From Candidatus Aminicenantes bacterium (GTDB lineage: Bacteria > Acidobacteriota > Aminicenantia > Aminicenantales > Aminicenantaceae), in contig JAUWYH010000001.1 of NCBI GenBank assembly GCA_030615975.1, positions 1-26,724 on the forward strand: a stretch of DNA of 26,724 nucleotides, given 5' to 3'. The notes beneath the pieces were generated by a model. It was given only the letters and a program-made list of their open reading frames with translations. It did not search any database and was not told where the DNA came from. This document shows, piece by piece, positions 18,146 through 24,359 of this stretch. The position numbers and the translations under genes are program-made. The first letter of the stretch is position 1. Each line of letters starts with the position of its first letter.

Positions 18146-18609
18146 TTGTCTTTTTTTTGAGGAAGAAGCTCTGAGATGTTTTCAAAATCTTCATCTGTCA
18201 AAGGTTTTCCTTCGAGTGTTTCATCGAGGATGTTTTTATTCCAGATTTCTAGATGATTGGAGAGTCCTATAATCTCAACCTCATCCTCGAGCTTAGCTTT
18301 TTCCCTTAATGACTGAGTGATCAGTATGCGTCCTTTGGAGTCGATTCGATATTTAATCCCTTTTCTGTTTACACGGAGCATGAACTTTCGTACGGTAGGT
18401 TTAAGATGAAGGGCTCCTTCGCTGGCAATACCCGTCAATTCTTCCCAGACAGAGAGAGGGTAGATTTGGACGGCCTCGTCTGTGAGGGAGGTAATGAATA
18501 ATTCTTTTCCGTATTCCTCTTCGATGGCAGAGCGGAATTTTTCCGGAATTTTAATCCGACCGCTCCGATCAAACCTGGCTGCGTAACTTCCTATTAATGA
18601 GTTTCCCAT
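18142..18609 (-). CDS. mraZ: Division/cell wall cluster transcriptional repressor MraZ
   Basis: Two SpoVT/AbrB-like DxxGR motifs (DRSGRI, DSKGRI), C-terminal HLEIW; first gene of the dcw cluster. Confidence 0.95.
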   Translation of the reverse strand: MGNSLIGSYAARFDRSGRIKIPEKFRSAIEEEYGKELFITSLTDEAVQIYPLSVWEELTGIASEGALHLKPTVRKFMLRVNRKGIKYRIDSKGRILITQSLREKAKLEDEVEIIGLSNHLEIWNKNILDETLEGKPLTDEDFENISELLPQKKDK

Positions 18610-18628
18610 TTTGTCCCGTTTTGTCCCA
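18604..18628 (-). promoter_or_regulatory. Three MraZ-type binding boxes with 10-bp period
   Basis: The minus strand reads aaTGGGAcaaaaCGGGAcaaaaTGGGAaac. This matches the TGGGN-N5 repeat architecture known for E. coli MraZ. The third box contains the mraZ ATG. Confidence 0.8.
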
Positions 18629-18638
18629 TTTTTTCTAA

Positions 18639-18667
18639 AATATATGGGAGAAAAAATTCAATGTCAA
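18639..18667 (-). promoter_or_regulatory. sigma70 promoter of the dcw cluster (Pmra)
   Basis: Minus strand TTGACA (18667-18662)-N17-TATATT (18644-18639), with A/T tracts upstream (UP-element-like). Confidence 0.8.
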
Positions 18668-18749
18668 GAAAAAAATATAAAAAAATTCATTTATTTTATT
18701 TATTTTCTATATATTGTAGAAAGATGGAAATGACCGCTATATTTAGATT

Positions 18750-18781
18750 AGTGAATCAGTGATTCAGTCACACAGTGACTC
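18750..18781. repeat. Four tandem 8-bp units (AGTGANTC consensus) forming two adjacent 15-bp palindromes
   Basis: AGTGAATC AGTGATTC AGTCACAC AGTGACTC. The palindromes are TGAATCA-G-TGATTCA (18752-18766) and AGTCAC-ACA-GTGACT (18766-18780). Confidence 0.75.
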
Positions 18782-18839
18782 GTTATTATTTCTTTTAAAA
18801 TTTATCATCGACAGACAGTCTGCATATAAAAGGTGATTA

Positions 18840-18866
18840 ATAAATGTAGAACCCGCTCCTCGGGCT
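18840..18866 (-). terminator. Weak possible terminator hairpin after the DUF2007 gene
   Basis: Minus strand AGCCCG-AGGAG-CGGGTT followed by CTACATTTATT. The stem is 6 bp with one G-U pair and the U-tract is poor. Confidence 0.25.
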
Positions 18867-18890
18867 GAACGAGATAGCCGAATTGTTGTG

Positions 18891-19151
18891 TTACTCTGTC
18901 TCTGTTTGTTTAAGGAGCTTTTTGGCGCGAGAATAATCTTTTTCAGAGACAAAAATCTTTATTTCTCCAAGGCCATCGGCAGAAAAAGGATGAATGGATT
19001 GGGCTACCTGTCCTCTGAAAAGACAAGAAATGTCATGGCTTTTAAGAAAGCTTCTAATCACTTCTGCTTCGACTGGCCCCCAAACTTTGCGCACTTCTTT
19101 GAGTTTAAGATTTTGGTTTGCGTTTTTCTTTTTCCCTCTATTTTTATCCAT
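18891..19151 (-). CDS. DUF2007 domain protein (putative signal-transducing, PII-like fold)
   Basis: 86 aa with the typical pattern [14 protein letters not shown]...[17 protein letters not shown]. Overlaps the NUDIX stop by 8 nt. Confidence 0.82.
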   Translation of the reverse strand: MDKNRGKKKNANQNLKLKEVRKVWGPVEAEVIRSFLKSHDISCLFRGQVAQSIHPFSADGLGEIKIFVSEKDYSRAKKLLKQTETE

Positions 19152-19572
19152 AGTTTTTTCTTTTTTTACGCTCGAAATAATCCTCTAAGATTTTATTATG
19201 GTCGAAAGCAAGTCGAAAACTGACTTCTTCCTTTGTGAATACTCCGATTTCCTGAGCATCATCCTCAGCTTTTGGCTTTCCTGAAGCTCTGGCCACATAA
19301 ACAGTTGAAATTGTGTGCTGGCGAGGATCACGCTTCGGGTCTGAGTAGGTATGCAGCTGATACAGGAGCTCGACATCAAGAGATGTTTCTTCTTTAGCCT
19401 CTCTAACGGCTGCTTTTTCTAAAGATTCTCCATAGTCGACAAAACCTCCTGGAAGTGCCCAGCCATGGGGAGAATTTTTCCTTTTGATGAGGACAATGCC
19501 TTCACAGCCATCCTCTCTTTTGATTTCAATAATAATATCTACCGTAGGAACTGGATTCCTGTATTTTTTCAA
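19144..19572 (-). CDS. NUDIX hydrolase (ADP-ribose pyrophosphatase-like)
   Basis: [28 protein letters not shown] Nudix box, [17 protein letters not shown] start with an AGAGGA SD. Confidence 0.93.
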   Translation of the reverse strand: MKKYRNPVPTVDIIIEIKREDGCEGIVLIKRKNSPHGWALPGGFVDYGESLEKAAVREAKEETSLDVELLYQLHTYSDPKRDPRQHTISTVYVARASGKPKAEDDAQEIGVFTKEEVSFRLAFDHNKILEDYFERKKRKNYG

Positions 19573-19677
19573 GATCCTCTCATTTTTTCTAAAATTTATT
19601 GTCGGCCGGCGCTCTACAAGTAAAGGTGGTAAAACTAAATACTGTGTTCCCTTGGAGAATGACAGCTTAAGAGCTTC

Positions 19678-20778
19678 TCAATCTTTGACCTTGAATTTCT
19701 TGTTGAGCTTTTCCAGTTTTTCTACAATGCCTCCGTATTCCAGTTCGCTATAAGGAAGCATTGCTGCTCCGGAAAATCCTTGTCGTCTTATAGCTGTTGC
19801 CTTTTCAGATACCTGGGTCCTTATATAATCCCAGTATGGGTGATCGAAAACGTCAGCAGGTTCTGTAAACTTGCCTTCTCTTACAGAAAAAGCAGCTCCA
19901 GTGACAACCGGAGGTCCGTCGAAGAAGGAAATTGTCGAGTTCAACTTGCAAGGCATCAGAGGCCCGATATGGCTTCCTCTCATGAATCCGGCCACATAAT
20001 GTCCGATTTGAAACGGTCCTAGGACTTCTCCAGTTGCTGGAAATTCACCCTGAACACGGACAAGAGCCACGGGATCATCTTTTCCTGTATATTTTCCAGC
20101 TATATTGTGTAAACGAGTAGTAGAAATAGATAGAGCTTGGTTTCCTGTACTTCGGGAGTAAATACTCTCGATTACATATCTTTCGTTGTCACGAAGCAAG
20201 GCGGCGATATCATACAGTTCCTCAGGAGCATTGAGTTCAATGATCTTGTCTTTTTCCGTGTATTCGACATCGATGATATGAAAAGTATAACCATCGCTCA
20301 TTTTAGGGCTTAAAATGAGTCCAGCGCAATACATTGGATCAGCAAATGCAAGATAGAAAGGCAGATTGTAGGCTCCTGGATCAGTTTTATCTGCAGCGAA
20401 AAAGATAAAGGGTTCGTTTGGTCTTTCTTCAAATTCAATCTCTGCCACCGCAGGTCCCATTCCTTTTATGTTTCCGCTGAAGGCATCTTTCAACAGGTCT
20501 TGTCCTGCCCCGTAAAGCCCTTGTTTTTTTGCAACGGCTGTTCCAGCAATAAAGGCATCCCAGGCCAATTTATGAATTTTTTCATCCAGAATGCCTCTTT
20601 CGTGTGTACATAGAATAGCAATATCGTCGCCTGTAAAACTGATATATAAGTCGATTATTAAATTTTTGCCGTTTTCCTGAACGAAGTTTTTGACTTCATT
20701 CACAAGAGCTTGGCTGGGGGTGATGTGCCCGCCGATACTGCCTATATCAGCTTTTAAGACGCTTAGGGTGATTTTCAT
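19678..20778 (-). CDS. fbp: Bifunctional fructose-1,6-bisphosphate aldolase/phosphatase (class V FBPase, archaeal type)
   Basis: KADIGSIGGH, GDD, GLYGAGQDLL.DAFSGN.KGMGP, DKT.PGAYN, aldolase loop GKYTGKDDP, GFMRGSH.GPLMP, ELEY. SD AGGGAGG. Confidence 0.97.
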   Translation of the reverse strand: MKITLSVLKADIGSIGGHITPSQALVNEVKNFVQENGKNLIIDLYISFTGDDIAILCTHERGILDEKIHKLAWDAFIAGTAVAKKQGLYGAGQDLLKDAFSGNIKGMGPAVAEIEFEERPNEPFIFFAADKTDPGAYNLPFYLAFADPMYCAGLILSPKMSDGYTFHIIDVEYTEKDKIIELNAPEELYDIAALLRDNERYVIESIYSRSTGNQALSISTTRLHNIAGKYTGKDDPVALVRVQGEFPATGEVLGPFQIGHYVAGFMRGSHIGPLMPCKLNSTISFFDGPPVVTGAAFSVREGKFTEPADVFDHPYWDYIRTQVSEKATAIRRQGFSGAAMLPYSELEYGGIVEKLEKLNKKFKVKD

Positions 20779-20819
20779 GAATACCTCCCTTTAAAAAATT
20801 TGAATTTATAATATAAGTC

Positions 20820-20849
20820 ATTCTAAATTGTTTATTCTTCAAATGTCAA
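20820..20849 (-). promoter_or_regulatory. sigma70-type promoter of the fbp unit
   Basis: Minus strand TTGACA (20849-20844)-N18-TAGAAT (20825-20820). Confidence 0.5.
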
Positions 20850-20869
20850 CTGTCCTTCCACTGAACCAG

Positions 20870-20907
20870 TGTCCAATTTTTCATACATATGTCAAAAAAA
20901 GAGGACA
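20870..20907. promoter_or_regulatory. Two tandem 18-bp dyad sites; candidate upstream activating sequences for a sigma54 enhancer-binding protein
   Basis: TGTC-caatttttca-TACA (20870-20887) and TGTC-aaaaaaagag-GACA (20890-20907), with a 20-bp period, lying about 66-103 bp upstream of the predicted sigma54 +1. Confidence 0.6.
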
Positions 20908-20945
20908 AAAATATGATCTAATAACTCAGTCTCAGCCTAGTAAAA

Positions 20946-20962
20946 TTGGCATGAAGTTTGCT
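20946..20962 (+). promoter_or_regulatory. sigma54 (-24/-12) promoter of the FecR/DUF6600 gene
   Basis: TTGGCATGAAGTTTGCT versus the consensus YTGGCACG-N4-TTGCW; GG-N10-GC spacing is exact. It overlaps an extended -10 TGcTATAAT (20959-20967). Confidence 0.72.
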
Positions 20963-21001
20963 ATAATATTTCTGAACTCCTTAATTAAAAAGGAGGGGAA
21001 A

Positions 21002-23077
21002 ATGAGACTGAAAAAATTAAGTTTTTTAGCAATTTTCGCTGTTGTTCTTTTCCTTCCATCTTCAATTCTTTCTAAATCACATTATGAATATATTTACTCA
21101 CCAGAATCAGATATCTATTTCGGTCATATTAGCTTTACTGAAGTCAAATACGACGGCAAGGATCCGGTAGTAATCAGAGAAGGAGAGAGGACGCCTGAAA
21201 TTGCAGTTTTGAACCTCCCCTTAACTTTTGGAGATATTATTCGTACAACTGCCAGCAGAAGGTGTGAGATTCAGTTTGATACTGGCACTATTATCAGGCT
21301 TGACCTCGATACTGAATTAAAGATTGAAACGATTCTGGCCCAGAGCCTCAGTTCAAGGAAAAAGATCACCAATCTTGTTCTCAATAAAGGTCAAATCTAC
21401 ATTATGTACAAAAAGTATAATTCTCGGGAAGTTTTTCAGGTCATCACTTCTAACGCTGCTGTGAAAATGAAGCATAAGACAGTGGCCATGATAAAAGCCC
21501 GAGAGGACAGAATTACAGATGTCCAAGTGAAGCACGGGAAAGCTTATGTTTTATACGGACCCGATGCAGATCATCTCAAAGAAGAAAAGGTAAAAAAGCT
21601 ACAGAAATTGTCTGTCTCTAGAGATCGCAAGGTTTTTTATGATGAATACAGACCAGATGTTGATTTTGAGCTTTGGAATGAGGTGATAAACGAGAATTTT
21701 CAAGAGCTCCATAAAGGGAAAAGTTTTCTCCCCAAACCTATACAGAAATTTCCTAAAGCTGTCTTTTATTTTGCTCAAAAGTATTCGAACCTCTACGGAG
21801 AATGGATGTGGACCAAACTTTATGGCTATGTGTGGCGTCCCAATTACAATGATTATTATCCTTGGGGATCGTGGCAGCCTTACAATTATGGAAAATGGAG
21901 AGAGGTAAACGGCCAACTTTTCTGGGTCCCTGAGGAAACCTGGGGTTGGGTGCCCTATCATCTTGGTCTCTGGCTTTGGGACAAAGATAATGGCTGGGTT
22001 TGGCTTCCTGGATCTGCCTTTGCTCCAGCTTGGGTGGCATGGGATTTTTTTATGGGTTATTATACATGGAGACCATGGTCCCTATTTGATTGGTACAATC
22101 CTTCTGGATATTATTATGCCCAAGGATATAATTATTGGGAATCTTATGCTGGTCCAGAAGACAAGGCTCAAAAAACACCTCCTATTCGTCGTGTTATCCG
22201 GAAAGATCAGTTGAAGAAAAAAGAGAGTTCTCAATACCCGCGACCTAAAGAATTAAAGAAAGTTTATAACAATTACGTTTCAGCATTAAAGAAGAATGAT
22301 AAAAGAGTCCTCGATACTCTTCAGAAGATTCCCGAACAGATGATTATAGTCAAAGGCAAAGATTTAAATGTTTCAAGAATCCAAGAGAAAAGCATAAGAT
22401 TTAAGCAGCTTTCAGAACAATTAGAATCATCTCCACAACAAAAACAAGTATTTCCTCAGAAATTTCCTCAAGACCCTGATCTGAAGGCGGCGTGGACTTT
22501 CAGGCGAAATAGAGAAGTGACTGAGCTCAGAAAGCATGTGATATCTTCGTTTATCAGAGAAAAAGAAGAAGTATCAGGTGCAAGAAAAGATTTGCCATTA
22601 TCAGGCACAAAAATAGCTGTCAGTCCTAAAACAGAAGTCGATGCCAAAAAGATTCCTTTCTCTAAGGAAAAGGCTGCTCTTAGTAAAAAAGGAAATATTG
22701 TTTCCCTTCCTAAGGCTAAACCATTCAAGCTACATTCTTCCATGGGAATCAGCGAATGGACTCCCATGCGACTCAGGGATTGGAATCCTGATGTGAGAAC
22801 CGCTCAAAGGATGGGAGTTAAGATAACATATTCGAGCAGAGCCAATGAAATCCGCTGCCCTGCCCTTAATTTATCCTCAAAAAATGTTGTGGTTTCAAGA
22901 TCAAGGCTGAGTTCCAGAGGTGGTTTTCATTCTTCTGGGAGCAGCAGTAGTTCCGGGTCTGGCTCTTCTTCAGGAAGCTCCGGGGGAAGCAGTTCCGCGG
23001 GGAGTTCAAGTAAGGGTTCTTCAAGTGGAAGCTCGAGTTCAAGCGGTGGATCTAAAGGCGGAGGCGTGAAAAAATAG
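21002..23077 (+). CDS. Exported FecR-domain/DUF6600 protein with a Ser/Gly-rich tail
   Basis: Start moved to the ATG at 21002 (SD AAGGAGG; 691 aa). Signal-like MRLKKLSFLAIFAVVLFLP; FecR-like GDIIRT...EIQFDTGTIIRLD...L.KGQIY; DUF6600-like YGEW...YGYVWRP...WQPY..GKW...WVP.E.WGWVPYH.G.W...GWVW.PG..FAPAWV.W. Confidence 0.85.
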   Translation: MRLKKLSFLAIFAVVLFLPSSILSKSHYEYIYSPESDIYFGHISFTEVKYDGKDPVVIREGERTPEIAVLNLPLTFGDIIRTTASRRCEIQFDTGTIIRLDLDTELKIETILAQSLSSRKKITNLVLNKGQIYIMYKKYNSREVFQVITSNAAVKMKHKTVAMIKAREDRITDVQVKHGKAYVLYGPDADHLKEEKVKKLQKLSVSRDRKVFYDEYRPDVDFELWNEVINENFQELHKGKSFLPKPIQKFPKAVFYFAQKYSNLYGEWMWTKLYGYVWRPNYNDYYPWGSWQPYNYGKWREVNGQLFWVPEETWGWVPYHLGLWLWDKDNGWVWLPGSAFAPAWVAWDFFMGYYTWRPWSLFDWYNPSGYYYAQGYNYWESYAGPEDKAQKTPPIRRVIRKDQLKKKESSQYPRPKELKKVYNNYVSALKKNDKRVLDTLQKIPEQMIIVKGKDLNVSRIQEKSIRFKQLSEQLESSPQQKQVFPQKFPQDPDLKAAWTFRRNREVTELRKHVISSFIREKEEVSGARKDLPLSGTKIAVSPKTEVDAKKIPFSKEKAALSKKGNIVSLPKAKPFKLHSSMGISEWTPMRLRDWNPDVRTAQRMGVKITYSSRANEIRCPALNLSSKNVVVSRSRLSSRGGFHSSGSSSSSGSGSSSGSSGGSSSAGSSSKGSSSGSSSSSGGSKGGGVKK

Positions 23078-23089
23078 TCGAGAAAAATC

Positions 23090-24355
23090 TCAAATACAAA
23101 AAGATAAATTTGAGAATAGATTAAGGGGAGATTCAAGTAAGAAACGATACACCTCAGCTTCTTTCCTATAATCTTCGAGAAATTCCATTCGAAGAGGTTT
23201 CACCGACCTAAATCTCCATGCAAGCGGATTGATGTATTTACCTCTGTATTTAATTCTATAGTCCAAGTGAGGACCGGTAGATTCTCCTGATGAGCCCACA
23301 TAGCCGATAACTTGCCCCCCTTTGACTTTTGCGCCTTTTCTTATTCCTTTTTCGTATCCTTTTAGATGAAGGTACATTGTTTCGTAGGTGTTTTTGTGGC
23401 GGATTCTGATCATACGGCCTGAATTCCTGTTCCGTCCAACAAAGGTTACGGTTCCGTCTGCTGTTGCTTGGACTGGGGTTCCGATACGAGCCGCATAATC
23501 CACTCCATAGTGGGGACGATAAACCTTGCGGATAGGATGAAGCCTTCTTAGGCTGAAACGGGAAGTTATTCGAGCAAATTTGATGGGAGATTTTAAAAAT
23601 TCTTTCCTTAAGGAATTCCCATCAATATCAAAATAGTCCGATTCTTCTGTGTCAGGATAAGTGTAGCGGAAGGCTCGGAATGTCTTGCCTTGATTGGTGA
23701 ATTCTGCGGCAAGGATATTTCTGTAGCCGACAAATTCCCCATAAAGATATTTTTTTTCAAAAATAATTTTGAATGAGTCTCCCTGGCGGAGGTCGGTGTA
23801 AAAATCGATGTCCCAGGCAAAAAGCTCTGCTAAAGAAAGGGCTAAAATATCTTTTTCGTTTTCTCGAGCGACAGCAGAGATAGGATTATCTTCGATGACG
23901 CCCCATATCATCTTGACTGTGATATCAAAAGGAACTTTTTTTATTTCTGCCAGATATACATTTTCTTTTTTCTGGATGTAAAGATATTTTTCGGAATCGA
24001 TATCGTATTCTAAAGAGATAAATTTTTCATCTTCGGAATAGAAAATGCGAATTTCATGTCCTGTTTTTATTTTGGCCAAATCATAGACATGCTTCACTTC
24101 TTCTCTTAGCTTATGGATCTCAATGGGAGGGAAATTGTAGGGACCTAGAATGTCTGTGAGGGTCATTCTTTTTTGGATAATCACTTTATTTTCACTAAGT
24201 GATGGTGGTGCATCCGAAATTTTTAATTCAGTAGTTTCTTTTTTTTCTTCAAGCAAAGGCTCTTTTTTATGAAGAAAGCTCAGGATTATAAAGAGGAAGA
24301 ATAAGAGAAATATGAACAAGAGAAAATAGATACGCTCAAGAATTCTTTTTTTCAT
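23090..24355 (-). CDS. M23-family (LytM/MepM/Csd3-like) metalloendopeptidase, membrane anchored
   Basis: N-terminal TM, OapA/Csd3-like middle region (FAWDIDF..DL..GDSF), HxxxD (HYGVD), TMYLHL, and TGPHLDY where HxH is expected. Confidence 0.9.
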   Translation of the reverse strand: MKKRILERIYFLLFIFLLFFLFIILSFLHKKEPLLEEKKETTELKISDAPPSLSENKVIIQKRMTLTDILGPYNFPPIEIHKLREEVKHVYDLAKIKTGHEIRIFYSEDEKFISLEYDIDSEKYLYIQKKENVYLAEIKKVPFDITVKMIWGVIEDNPISAVARENEKDILALSLAELFAWDIDFYTDLRQGDSFKIIFEKKYLYGEFVGYRNILAAEFTNQGKTFRAFRYTYPDTEESDYFDIDGNSLRKEFLKSPIKFARITSRFSLRRLHPIRKVYRPHYGVDYAARIGTPVQATADGTVTFVGRNRNSGRMIRIRHKNTYETMYLHLKGYEKGIRKGAKVKGGQVIGYVGSSGESTGPHLDYRIKYRGKYINPLAWRFRSVKPLRMEFLEDYRKEAEVYRFLLESPLNLFSNLSFCI

Positions 24356-24359
24356 CGAT

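Noticed and set aside
20890-20895. Second minus-strand TTGACA in the fbp upstream region
   Set aside because: There is no -10 at 16-18 nt spacing. It is better explained as the left arm of the TGTC-N10-GACA dyad.
20828-21001. ORF-track N-terminal extension of the FecR/DUF6600 protein
   Set aside because: It runs through promoter elements. The strong SD and signal peptide point to ATG 21002.
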